DNA of 64,000 bases, from the NCBI GenBank assembly GCA_029262415.1, contig JAJCZL010000037.1:14504-78503 (forward strand). The letters run 5' to 3'. A program made the position numbers and the translations under genes. The stretch is from Deltaproteobacteria bacterium (GTDB taxonomy: Bacteria; Desulfobacterota; Binatia; UBA1149; JAJCZL01). The notes under the pieces are model-generated. The model was given only the letters and a program-made list of their open reading frames with translations, made no database searches and was not told where the DNA came from. Shown here piece by piece: positions 47,181-57,792 of the stretch (the first letter of the stretch is position 1; every line of letters starts with the position of its first letter).

Positions 47181-47633
47181 TCAGCCGATACGGCGGTGAT
47201 CCCAACTCGAGATTTTCTCGGGTTGGAAGATCAACGCGAACCGTTTGCGAACCTGCGCGCGCACCATGTCTGCAACCACATCTTCTTCGGCGCCCATATA
47301 CTTCGCCGAGTTCGCAACACCGATGCGATAACAAAGCTCTTGGTCGTCGACAACCTGATAGCGTCCGCGCATGAACACACCGCGGAGTTGGTTGTACTGG
47401 GTACCATCCTCGATCAAAGCCGAACCACGATCGTCGCGCTCGATGTTCTTGACCTTCTGCGAGGTCTTGTAGGTATGCATGTGAGCGAGCCCGTCGATCA
47501 TCGAAAACCACATCGGCACCAGGTGCGGCCAGCCGTCGTGATTGATGGTTCCCATGATCAAGGTTTTCGAACCAACGATATAGTCGAGTACCTCTTCGTC
47601 ACTCAGAGCGATGGAAGATCTTTGATTTGCCAT
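47181..47633 (-). CDS. PPOX-class (probable F420-binding) split-barrel protein
   Basis: MGTINHDGWPHLVPMWF, SQKVKNIERD, YNQLRGV, ISSWDHRRI. Confidence 0.88.
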   Translation of the reverse strand: MANQRSSIALSDEEVLDYIVGSKTLIMGTINHDGWPHLVPMWFSMIDGLAHMHTYKTSQKVKNIERDDRGSALIEDGTQYNQLRGVFMRGRYQVVDDQELCYRIGVANSAKYMGAEEDVVADMVRAQVRKRFALIFQPEKISSWDHRRIG

Positions 47634-47638
47634 TTCGC

Positions 47639-48289
47639 CTACCAATCCGCCGGATCGTCGTAGAACTCGTCGAGGAACTCGTCACTGCCGCCGTTCTCTT
47701 CGCGGAAGTCTCCGTCCCAGTGCTCCCGGGCGGCCTCCTTCATGTACAGTTCCTCATCGGTAATCGGAAGCGGCGGCTCCTCGCCACGGTCTTTGGCGTC
47801 GGTAGCGGCCTGCTGCGCGGCATTCTCTTCGGCTTGACGCTTGTGGCGTTCGTCGAGCAAAGGCGGCCGGACATCTGGAAAGTTCGGGTCAAGATACGGG
47901 TCGGGCAACGCCAAACCGAGCTCCGGCCTCGCCGCCGGAGACGGCAACGGCTTGACGCCGTCGGTGGGCGGCAAGCCATCTATCCCGTCCTTTGCCTCGC
48001 CGCTCAGAATCGACTCGGGAGGCGGCTCATGCGGTCGCAACCTGTCCTTGCTCCAATACATATCAGCCGCGGGATCTGCCGGTAACTCTTGGCGTGCATT
48101 GCCACGCGCCTGCCCGCGCTCGAGCGGTGCGCGCGTCGCACCGGTGGGACCGACCGGTAGGTTCTGTGCAGCGCCGCTGCCGCAAACTACCGACACCAGA
48201 AGCGCTGAAACGACCAGCGTCGCACCAAGCCCTGTGCAACTGCGGGTGCACCCGTGAGCGCGGGCAGGTCTAGATGACAATTGAGTCAT
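47639..48289 (-). CDS. Hypothetical secreted Pro/acidic-rich protein
   Basis: Hydrophobic leader; fills the gap between co-oriented genes. Confidence 0.5.
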   Translation of the reverse strand: MTQLSSRPARAHGCTRSCTGLGATLVVSALLVSVVCGSGAAQNLPVGPTGATRAPLERGQARGNARQELPADPAADMYWSKDRLRPHEPPPESILSGEAKDGIDGLPPTDGVKPLPSPAARPELGLALPDPYLDPNFPDVRPPLLDERHKRQAEENAAQQAATDAKDRGEEPPLPITDEELYMKEAAREHWDGDFREENGGSDEFLDEFYDDPADW

Positions 48290-48845
48290 CGCTCCAATCG
48301 TCGCGCAGCATCCCGTGCTCCATGTTGAGGGGAAGGATGTAGTTGCGCATCACCCGAATAGGATGAATCAGCCGCATGGTCGAGACCTCGTCGATGATAC
48401 CCGGCTTTTTATGGCGCTCTTCGAGTGCCGGGACGATTTGCTCCTGAAACTTCTCGATGATGTCGGCATCCGAGGTTCCATCGATGAGCATTACCAAAGC
48501 CACCCGCCCATCGACCTCGGCGACGTGCGACTCGTAGACCGATTGCGTGAACACTGTCGCAACTTTGGGCTCTTGTTCGACCACCTTCAAGAGCTGCTTT
48601 ACCGTCACCCCGATTTTGCAGCGGATGATGTAGAGGTGACGACACAGATAGCGACCGGTTCCCGCAGCAGACATGTCGATTTCGGCGAAGTAACGAAGCA
48701 ATCCGTCGTCTTCCAGCCTTTGTCGCTTCTTTCCCACTGTCTTAGGCGAGATGCCCCTTTGCTCGGCCAGTTTATTGTCCGAGATCCTGGGGTTCCTGAT
48801 CAGCGCCTTGGCTATTTTGACTTCCTGTTCGTCGAGATCCTTCAC
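48270..48845 (-). CDS. Lrp/AsnC-like winged-helix regulator, divergent from gltB
   Basis: DLDEQEVKIAKALIRNPRISDNKLA...ISPKTVGKKRQRLEDDGLL; GAGG RBS before GTG 48845. Confidence 0.8.
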   Translation of the reverse strand: MKDLDEQEVKIAKALIRNPRISDNKLAEQRGISPKTVGKKRQRLEDDGLLRYFAEIDMSAAGTGRYLCRHLYIIRCKIGVTVKQLLKVVEQEPKVATVFTQSVYESHVAEVDGRVALVMLIDGTSDADIIEKFQEQIVPALEERHKKPGIIDEVSTMRLIHPIRVMRNYILPLNMEHGMLRDDWSDDSIVI

Positions 48846-48873
48846 CTGTGCCTCTTTTGGGTATTCACTGCCG

Positions 48874-48889
48874 AAATATCCTAATATTT
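48874..48889. promoter_or_regulatory. Candidate operator between the regulator and gltB
   Basis: AT-rich inverted repeat AAATAT-CCTA-ATATTT in a high-GC background. Confidence 0.35.
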
Positions 48890-49002
48890 GGAGCGTAATG
48901 GCTAGTATACCCAGGTATCCGCCCGGGCGCCATTCTTCTTGACTCGGTTTTTGGCTTTGGCTACCTTTGGCGGTCACGCCTCCGCTAGGGGGCTACAAGA
49001 CT

Positions 49003-52000
49003 ATGGCGCCCTTAGACACATACCGAACCAACACGATGGGTCCACTGTACGACCCCTCGACCGAGCACGACAGTTGCGGCGTCGGTTTCGTCGCCAATTC
49101 CAGCGGAGAGCACACCCACAAGGTCGTCCTCGACGGCATAGAGGCTCTCGAACGGCTCGAGCACCGCGGCGCCTGCGGCTGCGACCCCGAGTCGGGCGAC
49201 GGCGCCGGCATCCTTATTCAGGTCCCGCACGGCTACCTCGAAGCGGCCTGCAGGCAAGACGACATTCGACTCCCCGAACGGGGAAGCTACGGCGTCGGGA
49301 TGGTATTCCTCCCGCTCGACGAGGTGCTTCAAAGCCACGCGCGCGGCCTCCTCGACTCTGCGGCCAAGGAACTCGGGCTCGACTGTCTGGGCTGGCGCGA
49401 CGTTCCCGTCGATGAGGGCTACTGCGGTAAAATTGCACTGTCGGGTAAGCCCCACATCGCGCAGGTGTTCTATGCCCCCGCGGGCGACCCCTTGGACCAA
49501 CACGACCTCGAGCGCCGCCTCTACATCATCCGCAAACTAGCTGAGAACACCACGAAAGCCGCAGCCGGCGTGTTGGAACGCGACTTCTACATCTGCAGCC
49601 TTTCGTGCCGCACCATCATCTACAAAGGGATGCTGATGCCGGAACAGCTCAAGGGGTTCTTCCCTGACCTGTCCGATCCTAGCTGCACGTCCGCCCTCTC
49701 GCTCGTCCACTCGCGCTTCAGCACCAACACGATGCCGAGTTGGCAGCTTGCACAGCCCTTCCGCTACCTAGCCCACAATGGCGAGATCAATACGGTTCGC
49801 GGAAACACCAACTGGATGAACGCCCGCGAACGGCTGTTCAAGTCCGACAGGTTCGGCGAATACATGCAGCGGCTCTTGCCGATCGTGCCGCCGCGACAAA
49901 GTGACTCTGCGGTGTTCGACAACGGCCTCGAACTGCTGTTCCAAACCGGCAGGACACTCGCCCACGCGGCGATGATGATGATCCCCGAGGCGTGGGAGAA
50001 ACACGAATCGATGTCGGAGGAGAAGAAGGCGTTTTACCGCTACCACTCCTGCCTGCTCGAACCGTGGGACGGTCCGGCATCAATCGCGTTTACCGACGGC
50101 CGCTCAATCGGCGCTGTGCTCGATCGAAACGGACTGCGCCCCTCGCGCTACCTGGTCACCAAGGCCGGATACGTCGTCATGGCCTCGGAGACCGGCGTGC
50201 TCGACATCCCCGCCGAGGACATCGCATACAAGGGACGTTTGCAGCCGGGGCGTATGTTCTACGTCGATCTGGAAAAACAGCGCATCATCGACGACGGCGA
50301 GATCAAGCACGAGATGGGTTCGCGCCGGCCCTACGGCGAGTGGCTGAAGGACAACATTGTCGAGATCCGTAGCCTTCCGGCAGCGAAGAAAGTGGCAGCG
50401 CATTTGACCGGCGAAGAGTTGTTCGTGCGCCAACGCGCCTTCGGCTTCACAACCGAAGATCTGCGCGTTCTGCTCGAGCCGATGGCGCTGAACGGCCAAG
50501 AACCCATCGGTTCGATGGGAACCGACACGCCGTTGGCCGTGCTCTCGAACAAGCCGCAGCTGATCTTCAATTACTTCAAGCAGCTGTTCGCGCAGGTGAC
50601 CAACCCGCCCGTGGATCCGATCCGCGAGGATATCATCATGTCGGTCAACGTCACCACCGGGCGACAGTCGAACCTCTTCGATGAAACACCGGACCACTGC
50701 CGTCAGCTGTCGCTGCCCAGCCCGGTTCTGACCAACGAGGAACTCGCACGCATCCGCGAGATCAAAACCAACGGCCTGAAGAGCGCGACGGTTGCCATCA
50801 CTTTTCCAGCGAAAAGCGCTGAGAAAGGGCTCGACGCAGCGCTTACACGGATCTGCAACGAGGCGGTCGCCGCGATCGATGCGGGCGCGGAAATTTTGAT
50901 TCTCTCCGACCGCGACGTCGATGCGCAAAACGCCGCTGTCCCCTCGCTGCTCGCAGTCGGTACCGTGCACCATCACTTGATCCGCGAAGGAAAGCGCACG
51001 CTCGCCGGCTTGGTTGTCGAGACCGCCGAGGCGCGCGAGGTGATGCACTTCTGTCTGCTTACCGGCTACGGCGCAGCAGCGATCAACCCGTACATCGCAC
51101 TCGATACGTTGATCGAAAAGGCCAACGCCGGGCACCTTCACGGCCACAGCGCCGAAGAGGCGATCGAACACTACAAAAAAGCCATCGACAAAGGACTGGT
51201 TAAGACGATGTCGAAGATGGGTATCTCGACGCTCGCAAGCTACCGCGGCGCGCAGATCTTCGAGTGTATCGGGCTGAACAGTTCAGTCGTCGAACGTTGT
51301 TTCACCTGGACGCCTTCGCGTATCGCGGGGGTCGGACTCGACGCAATCGCCAAGGACGCCGAGTTCCGCCACGACTTCGCTTTCGGTCCCAAGGCCGCCG
51401 AGGTCGCGGGTCTGGACCCGGGAGGCCAGTACCACTGGCGTCGCCGCGGCGAGTACCACCTGTTCAACCCCGAGACCGTCGCCAAGCTGCAACACGCGGT
51501 GCGTGCTTCGGTGCCCGAGGTCTACGCGCAGTACGCAAAGCTCGTCAACGACCAGAGCCGCAACCTCTGTACATTGCGCAGCATGCTCGAGTTTAAGCCT
51601 GCCGACCACCCCGTTGCTCTTGAAGAGGTCGAACCGGCTGTCGACATCGTTAAGCGATTCAAGACCGGCGCGATGTCGTATGGCTCCATTAGCGCCGACG
51701 CGCACGAGAACCTCGCGATTGCGATGAATCGCATCGGCGGTAAGTCAAACACCGGTGAGGGCGGAGAGGACCCCAAGCGATTCACTCCCGATACAAACGG
51801 CGACCTTCGCCGCAGCGCGATCAAACAAGTCGCATCTGGACGTTTCGGCGTAACGATCAACTACCTGACCAACGCAGACGAGATTCAGATCAAGATGGCG
51901 CAAGGTGCCAAGCCCGGCGAGGGCGGACAACTGCCGGGTCACAAAGTCGATGAGGCGATCGCCAAGACACGCTACTCGACTCCAGGAGTGGGCCTGATTT

Positions 52001-53553
52001 CTCCGCCGCCCCATCACGACATTTACTCGATCGAGGATCTCGCGCAGTTGATCCACGATCTCAAAAACGCGAACCCGAGCGCGCGCATCAGCGTTAAGCT
52101 GGTCGCCGAAGTCGGAGTCGGCACAATCGCTGCGGGGGTATCCAAAGCCAAGGCCGACGTGGTCCTGATCAGCGGCCATGACGGGGGCACCGGGGCATCG
52201 CCGCTGAGTTCGATCAAGCACGCGGGCGTGCCTTGGGAACTCGGCTTGGCCGAGACCCAACAGGTGCTCGTAGGTAACGACTTGCGCAGCCGCATCCGCG
52301 TCGAGACCGACGGCCAACTCAAAACCGGCCGCGATGTAGCGATCGCGGCACTGCTCGGCGCTGACGAGTTCGGTTTTGCGACCGCCGCACTGGTGGCCTC
52401 GGGCTGTATCATGATGCGCAAGTGCCATCTGAACACCTGCCCGGTAGGTATCGCGACCCAGGACAAGGTGCTGCGTGAGAAGTTCGCGGGCAAGCCCGAA
52501 CACGTGATTAACTTCATGTTCTACGTGGCCGAAGAGCTGCGTACGATCATGGCCATGATGGGTTTCCGCAAAGTCCAGGAAATGACCGGACGCTCGGACC
52601 GGCTGGTGATGTCACGTGCCGTCGACCACTGGAAGGCACGCCACCTAGACCTGTCGGCAATCCTTGCCAAGCCGGAGGCTGCGCCTGGGGTCGGCATCAG
52701 TGGAACCGGCAAGCAAGACCACGGCCTCGACAAGGCCCTGGACAACAAACTGATCGAGCTGGCCAAACCGGCGCTCGAAGAGCGCAAGCCGATCGAGGCA
52801 ACGCTGCCGATCTCCAACATCAACCGTACGGTCTGCACGACTCTTTCGCACGAGTTGACCAAGCGTTACGGCGAAGAAGGACTTCCGCCCTACACAATCA
52901 AGTTTAACTTCGTAGGGTCGGCCGGCCAGAGCTTCGGTGCGTTCATGGCTAACGGAATCTCAGCGCGTATCGAAGGCGACGCCAACGACTATTTCTGCAA
53001 GGGCATGTCGGGCGGCCACGTCGTCATCGCGCCGCCGAAGAAGGCGACTTACAAGGCCGAAGACAACATCATTATCGGCAACGTCGCGCTATACGGCGCG
53101 ACCGCCGGCGAAGTGTTTATCCGCGGACGCGCCGGCGAACGTTTCTGCGTGCGCAACAGTGGAGCAACCACCGTCGTCGAAGGGATCGGCGACCACGGCT
53201 GCGAGTACATGACACGCGGCCTTGTGGTCTGCCTCGGTACCACCGGGCGAAACTTTGCTGCAGGGATGAGCGGCGGCGTGGCCTACATTCTCGACGAGGA
53301 CGGGAGCTTCGCGAGCCGCTGCAACCTGGGCATGGTCGAGCTGTTCAAACTCAAGGACCAGAACGACCGGAACGACCTCCACCAACTCGTTCAGCGCCAC
53401 CAGCAGTACACGGGAAGTCACGTCGCCGGGCGCTTACTCGCCGATTGGAACGGCTCATTACGCACGTTCGTCAAGGTCATGCCGACCGAGTACCGCAAGG
53501 TACTCGAGCAAATGCACCTGGATACCGAAGCAATGAACCTGGCTGCAGTCTGA
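49003..53553 (+). CDS. gltB: Glutamate synthase large subunit
   Basis: [78 protein letters not shown] domain. Confidence 0.99.
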   Translation: MAPLDTYRTNTMGPLYDPSTEHDSCGVGFVANSSGEHTHKVVLDGIEALERLEHRGACGCDPESGDGAGILIQVPHGYLEAACRQDDIRLPERGSYGVGMVFLPLDEVLQSHARGLLDSAAKELGLDCLGWRDVPVDEGYCGKIALSGKPHIAQVFYAPAGDPLDQHDLERRLYIIRKLAENTTKAAAGVLERDFYICSLSCRTIIYKGMLMPEQLKGFFPDLSDPSCTSALSLVHSRFSTNTMPSWQLAQPFRYLAHNGEINTVRGNTNWMNARERLFKSDRFGEYMQRLLPIVPPRQSDSAVFDNGLELLFQTGRTLAHAAMMMIPEAWEKHESMSEEKKAFYRYHSCLLEPWDGPASIAFTDGRSIGAVLDRNGLRPSRYLVTKAGYVVMASETGVLDIPAEDIAYKGRLQPGRMFYVDLEKQRIIDDGEIKHEMGSRRPYGEWLKDNIVEIRSLPAAKKVAAHLTGEELFVRQRAFGFTTEDLRVLLEPMALNGQEPIGSMGTDTPLAVLSNKPQLIFNYFKQLFAQVTNPPVDPIREDIIMSVNVTTGRQSNLFDETPDHCRQLSLPSPVLTNEELARIREIKTNGLKSATVAITFPAKSAEKGLDAALTRICNEAVAAIDAGAEILILSDRDVDAQNAAVPSLLAVGTVHHHLIREGKRTLAGLVVETAEAREVMHFCLLTGYGAAAINPYIALDTLIEKANAGHLHGHSAEEAIEHYKKAIDKGLVKTMSKMGISTLASYRGAQIFECIGLNSSVVERCFTWTPSRIAGVGLDAIAKDAEFRHDFAFGPKAAEVAGLDPGGQYHWRRRGEYHLFNPETVAKLQHAVRASVPEVYAQYAKLVNDQSRNLCTLRSMLEFKPADHPVALEEVEPAVDIVKRFKTGAMSYGSISADAHENLAIAMNRIGGKSNTGEGGEDPKRFTPDTNGDLRRSAIKQVASGRFGVTINYLTNADEIQIKMAQGAKPGEGGQLPGHKVDEAIAKTRYSTPGVGLISPPPHHDIYSIEDLAQLIHDLKNANPSARISVKLVAEVGVGTIAAGVSKAKADVVLISGHDGGTGASPLSSIKHAGVPWELGLAETQQVLVGNDLRSRIRVETDGQLKTGRDVAIAALLGADEFGFATAALVASGCIMMRKCHLNTCPVGIATQDKVLREKFAGKPEHVINFMFYVAEELRTIMAMMGFRKVQEMTGRSDRLVMSRAVDHWKARHLDLSAILAKPEAAPGVGISGTGKQDHGLDKALDNKLIELAKPALEERKPIEATLPISNINRTVCTTLSHELTKRYGEEGLPPYTIKFNFVGSAGQSFGAFMANGISARIEGDANDYFCKGMSGGHVVIAPPKKATYKAEDNIIIGNVALYGATAGEVFIRGRAGERFCVRNSGATTVVEGIGDHGCEYMTRGLVVCLGTTGRNFAAGMSGGVAYILDEDGSFASRCNLGMVELFKLKDQNDRNDLHQLVQRHQQYTGSHVAGRLLADWNGSLRTFVKVMPTEYRKVLEQMHLDTEAMNLAAV

Positions 53554-53593
53554 CCGTACAGACGCCTCGGTCGAGCAATACAACGGAACGAAG

Positions 53594-55048
53594 ATGGGCA
53601 AGACAACAGGTTTCATGGAGTACCAGCGCGAGACGCCGGGTCGGCGTCCCATCGAAGAGCGGTTGCACGACTATCGCGAGTTCGACGATAAGCCGACGAA
53701 AGATCAGCTCACCAAACAGGCGGCTCGCTGTATGGATTGCGGCGTTCCGTTTTGTCACAACGGCTGCCCGCTCGGCAACGTGATTCCTGACTGGAACGAC
53801 CTCACCTACCACGGTGACATGCGTGCGGCGATCGACTCGCTGCACGCCACCAACAACTTCCCGGAGTTCACCGGCCGGATCTGTCCGGCGCCCTGCGAAG
53901 AAGCCTGCGTGCTCAATATAAACGACGATCCGGTCACCATTAAGCTGATCGAGAAGAACGTCATCGACTTCGCCTGGGAACAGGGCTGGGTAAAACCGCA
54001 CATAGCGGAGCACAAGACCGGCAAGAAAGTCGCAGTGGTCGGTTCGGGTCCCTCCGGCATGGCATGCGCCCAGCAGCTCGCACGTGCCGGACACGATGTC
54101 ACGCTGTTCGAGCGCGCCGACCGTATCGGCGGCCTGCTGCGTTACGGCATACCCGACTTCAAGATGGAGAAGCACTGCATCGACCGGCGGGTGGAACAGA
54201 TGCAGGCAGAGGGCGTTACCTTTAGGACCAGCACGACCATCGGTAAGGACGTTTCCGTCGATCAGTTGAAGAAGGAATTTGACGCAGTTTCTCTTTGTTT
54301 GGGGGCTACCGATCCGCGAGACCTCCCGGTCGACGGGCGTAACCTCAACGGCGTGCACTTCGCGATGGAGTTCCTCCCTCAACAAAATGCACGTAACGCA
54401 GGCGACACCACACCGCCCGAGAAGTTCCTCAGCGCGAAGGGTAAACACGTCATCGTCATCGGTGGCGGCGATACCGGTTCGGACTGCATCGGCACCTCGA
54501 ACCGTCAGGGCGCCAAGAGCGTCACCCAGATAGAGATTCTGCCCAAGCCCCCCGAGTCACGAACCGACGAGATGCCCTGGCCCTATTGGCCGATGATCTT
54601 CCGCACCTCGAGTTCACAAGAAGAAGGCGTCAAACGTGACTTCGCGATTTCGACCACGCGCATCAGCGGTGAGAACGGCACCGTGAGGAAGCTGCACGCT
54701 GCCCGCGTAGAATGGAAGAAAGACGCAAACGGTCGCCCACAACTGACCCAGTTGCCCGGTAGTGAGTTCGAGATGGAGGCGGATTTGATCCTGCTCGCGA
54801 TGGGCTTTCTAGGCCCCGAGCACCAGGGCCTGCTCGACGACTTAGGCGTCGAGTACGACCAGCGCGGCAATATCAAATGCGACGCGAGCTACGCATCATC
54901 GGTACCGGGCGTCTTCGCCTGCGGCGATGCCCGGCGTGGTCAGTCACTGGTAGTGTGGGCGATCTGGGAGGGGCGCGAGTGCGCGCGCGGCGTCGATACT
55001 TTCCTGATGGGTGAAACCCGCCTCTCGACCAGCCCGCAGCTCACCTAA
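53594..55048 (+). CDS. gltD: Glutamate synthase small subunit
   Basis: [58 protein letters not shown]. Confidence 0.99.
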   Translation: MGKTTGFMEYQRETPGRRPIEERLHDYREFDDKPTKDQLTKQAARCMDCGVPFCHNGCPLGNVIPDWNDLTYHGDMRAAIDSLHATNNFPEFTGRICPAPCEEACVLNINDDPVTIKLIEKNVIDFAWEQGWVKPHIAEHKTGKKVAVVGSGPSGMACAQQLARAGHDVTLFERADRIGGLLRYGIPDFKMEKHCIDRRVEQMQAEGVTFRTSTTIGKDVSVDQLKKEFDAVSLCLGATDPRDLPVDGRNLNGVHFAMEFLPQQNARNAGDTTPPEKFLSAKGKHVIVIGGGDTGSDCIGTSNRQGAKSVTQIEILPKPPESRTDEMPWPYWPMIFRTSSSQEEGVKRDFAISTTRISGENGTVRKLHAARVEWKKDANGRPQLTQLPGSEFEMEADLILLAMGFLGPEHQGLLDDLGVEYDQRGNIKCDASYASSVPGVFACGDARRGQSLVVWAIWEGRECARGVDTFLMGETRLSTSPQLT

Positions 55049-55085
55049 GCACCGGGGCAGCGACCGCCCGGCACTTTGTCGTACT

Positions 55086-55973
55086 ATGACACCCAAGCAA
55101 CTGCTCAGCTTTCTCGGGGAATGCGGTTTCCGCTCGCACACCAGCGAAAGCGCGATGTGGTACGAAGCCGGCCCGCGCTTTTGGCTTGCCAGCCCGAGCC
55201 ACGAAGCGATCGATCCGCCCGTCACCGAGCAGCGCGAGGTCATGCGTGCGACCGGCGCGCTCGGGCTTCGCTACATGACTGTCGATAACGCAGAGCGCGC
55301 ACGTAAGAGCTTTCAGATGGTCGCCTCCGGGTCCGACTACACGCTGGACAAACTGGCATCCAACGCTCGCAGCAAGATCCGTCGCGGCTTAAAGCGCCAC
55401 GAGATTCGGCCGATCACAGGCGAGGAACTGAAGACTGCCGGCCGCGAAGCTTTCACCGACACACTAGCCCGCCAAGACCGCGAGAAGACCTATCCGTTTG
55501 AGAAATGGCATCGCGTACTCGAAGCAGTCGATCGTGAACCAGGCGTCGAGATCTGGAGCGCCTGGTTCGAGGGGGAACTTGCGGCCTATCTGATGGTCTT
55601 TTTGATCGACGACGTCTGTGAGTTCTACCAGGCGCGCTCGCGCAACGCGCTGCTCAAGCACTACCCCAACAATGCGCTGGTCTACTACCTGACCGAAGAG
55701 ATGCTCGTACGTCGCGGCCTGCGCCAAGTGACCTACGGCATCGAATCTCTCGAAGAGACAGAGTCAGTGGACTCCTTCAAGCTCTCGATGGGCTACGTCA
55801 AGAAACCTTTTGCACAAAAGATCGTCTTTCATCCCGCAATCGACACCGTGCTACGCATTCCGGGCGTCGTCCGCGGCGTCGAATGGATGGGAACCCGCGA
55901 GACTTCGGCCTCCTACTGGCGCAAAGCCTACGGCCTGCTCAACTTCGCGGGGCTTACAGGCAAGCAGCCTTGA
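55086..55973 (+). CDS. GNAT-fold protein (FemAB/CelD-BcsL-like)
   Basis: LASNARSKIRRGLK, IWSAWFEGELAAY, HYPNNALV, VDSFKLSMGY. Confidence 0.7.
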   Translation: MTPKQLLSFLGECGFRSHTSESAMWYEAGPRFWLASPSHEAIDPPVTEQREVMRATGALGLRYMTVDNAERARKSFQMVASGSDYTLDKLASNARSKIRRGLKRHEIRPITGEELKTAGREAFTDTLARQDREKTYPFEKWHRVLEAVDREPGVEIWSAWFEGELAAYLMVFLIDDVCEFYQARSRNALLKHYPNNALVYYLTEEMLVRRGLRQVTYGIESLEETESVDSFKLSMGYVKKPFAQKIVFHPAIDTVLRIPGVVRGVEWMGTRETSASYWRKAYGLLNFAGLTGKQP

Positions 55974-57202
55974 AGGCCAAACGCCCACCTACCGCCGTGG
56001 TTGCCCCCGACAACCCTGCAGCACTGGCGATCTCGCGTGAGCTTGGAGCGGCCGGCGTTCCGGTGGTTCTCGCGCACCACCATGGCGACGGCCCCGCGCG
56101 ACATTCAAAGTATACCCGTCTGGTTCGTGTGCCCGACCTATACACCGACACGCAAGCCTGGGCCGAAGCATTGGCGCAGATCGCCCGCGAACTCCGCACA
56201 GAAGAAGGCGTCAAGCCTTTCTTCTTTCCGACCGAGGACGCCGCGCTGCTGGCCGGCAACGCCCATCATAATCTGCTCGCTGAACATTTTCGTTTTGCCT
56301 ACGCGACACCGGGCGTCATCGACGCGATCGCCGATAAACGCTCGCTGTATGCCGCCGCGGAGCGTGCAGACGTCGCTGTCCCCGCGCACCAAGTAATCAC
56401 CGAGCCGGGCGAGGCGGCAAAGCTCGCTGGCCGTGATGGGTGGATCGTCAAACCGTCGTGCCGATATATCCTCGACGGCAAAGGCATCAAGACCTTTCTT
56501 TCGATTACCGGCGGATCCAAAGCCATCGGCGGTGATCCGGCCGAGGCCGCGCGGCGGGTTGTCGAAGCGGGCTTCCCAGTGCTGGCGCAGGAAGAAATCC
56601 CCGGCCCATTTTCTGATTTGGTCAGCGTCGGTCTTGCCGTCGGCCCAGGCGGCGAGATCATCGATGCGTTTCATTCACGCAAAGACTGCGAGTACCCCGA
56701 GCCTTACGGCGACGGGCTCATCGTCGAGTTAACTGCGGACCCGGGTATCACCAAGCCCACGCTCGCACTGCTCGGCGAGCTTGGGTATTGGGGAATCTGT
56801 GACGTCGAGTTTAAACGCGACGCCCGTGACGGGCGCTTCAAGCTCCTCGACGCCAACCCGCGTGCTTGGCTGTGGATGACGCTCGGAACGTTGAGCGGCC
56901 ACAGTCTGGCAGTCGAAGCGCTCAATGCCGCTATACGCGCGCAAGGCAGCGGCGAACAGCCGGCCGTTCCGATCCAAGCCAACGCCGGCTTCCGCCGCTG
57001 GGTTTCGGCGCGTGGAACCGCCGGGTTCCTCGCCAAGTGCTACGACCGCAAGCGCCACGGCGCGACGCTCCCCGCCAGGCTCGCCGTCGGCGTCGCAACA
57101 ACCGCAGCCGCCAACCTGGCCGGGTTCGGCGACCCGACCTACGCAAGCCTGGAAGCCTGGGCTGCGCTGTTCCGCGCGGCACGAAAACAAACTGGTTGGT
57201 AG
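55970..57202 (+). CDS. ATP-grasp carboxylate-amine ligase (D-aspartate ligase-like); start taken at TTG 55970
   Basis: LAISRELGAAGVPV, FFPTED, DKRSLY..A..ADVAVP, WIVKP, LAQEEIPG, GICDVEFKRDARDGRFKLLDANPR. Confidence 0.85.
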   Translation: MKAKRPPTAVVAPDNPAALAISRELGAAGVPVVLAHHHGDGPARHSKYTRLVRVPDLYTDTQAWAEALAQIARELRTEEGVKPFFFPTEDAALLAGNAHHNLLAEHFRFAYATPGVIDAIADKRSLYAAAERADVAVPAHQVITEPGEAAKLAGRDGWIVKPSCRYILDGKGIKTFLSITGGSKAIGGDPAEAARRVVEAGFPVLAQEEIPGPFSDLVSVGLAVGPGGEIIDAFHSRKDCEYPEPYGDGLIVELTADPGITKPTLALLGELGYWGICDVEFKRDARDGRFKLLDANPRAWLWMTLGTLSGHSLAVEALNAAIRAQGSGEQPAVPIQANAGFRRWVSARGTAGFLAKCYDRKRHGATLPARLAVGVATTAAANLAGFGDPTYASLEAWAALFRAARKQTGW

Positions 57203-57214
57203 TTCCGCCCGCGT

Positions 57215-57784
57215 TCAGGGAGCGCGGAGGTCTTCGCCGAGCGCGCTACGCTGCGCTGCAGACAGATCAGCACAAACCTTCATCTCGGGATGATCAACGC
57301 CGAGCTTCGCGCCCGCGCCTTTGCGCAACGCCTCGGCCGCAGCAGCCCCGAGTGCAAAACGGATATAGTGCACTGCGGAGATGCGCTCCGCGGAGACCTG
57401 GCGCATGTCGAACTCCGCCTGCGTACGGCCGGCGCCGTCAACCTCTAGATACACGTGATCCTCCAGGCCGAGTAGTCTGCGCAGCCACACGTCGCGGGTT
57501 TTCTCATCGGAGTACTCGATGAGAAGTGTGGCCCTCAGTTCCTCGTCGCCGGGCACCAATTCGTTGTAAGTCTTTAGCTCGTGGGCAATCGCTCGGGGAT
57601 CGCTAATGGCCTCGACACGCATCATCTCTTGTACTTGGTAACGAACGGTATCGCGGTTCTCGAACAACACCGTGATGTGGTCACCCACCGCGACGCGTCT
57701 GGGTGCCTTGAGCGCGAGGGTGCGCTTGCGGACGGTGTCTCGCTCGAGCACGTAGTCTTCGTTCGACTTGATCTCGGAAGCCAT
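57215..57784 (-). CDS. DUF3501 family protein
   Basis: KAPRRVAVG..ITVLFENRDTVRYQVQEMMRVE..ELKTYNELVP..LRATLLIEY, SAVHYIRF. Confidence 0.9.
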   Translation of the reverse strand: MASEIKSNEDYVLERDTVRKRTLALKAPRRVAVGDHITVLFENRDTVRYQVQEMMRVEAISDPRAIAHELKTYNELVPGDEELRATLLIEYSDEKTRDVWLRRLLGLEDHVYLEVDGAGRTQAEFDMRQVSAERISAVHYIRFALGAAAAEALRKGAGAKLGVDHPEMKVCADLSAAQRSALGEDLRAP

Positions 57785-57792
57785 GACAGGTC

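Noticed and set aside
50104-54448. Long minus-strand ORFs (355, 252, 323 aa) opposite gltBD
   Set aside because: Antisense shadows of highly conserved genes.
57169-57182. GTTCCGCGCGGCAC as another copy of the palindrome
   Set aside because: Only the 10-bp GC core matches and it lies within coding sequence; plausible by chance in high-GC DNA.
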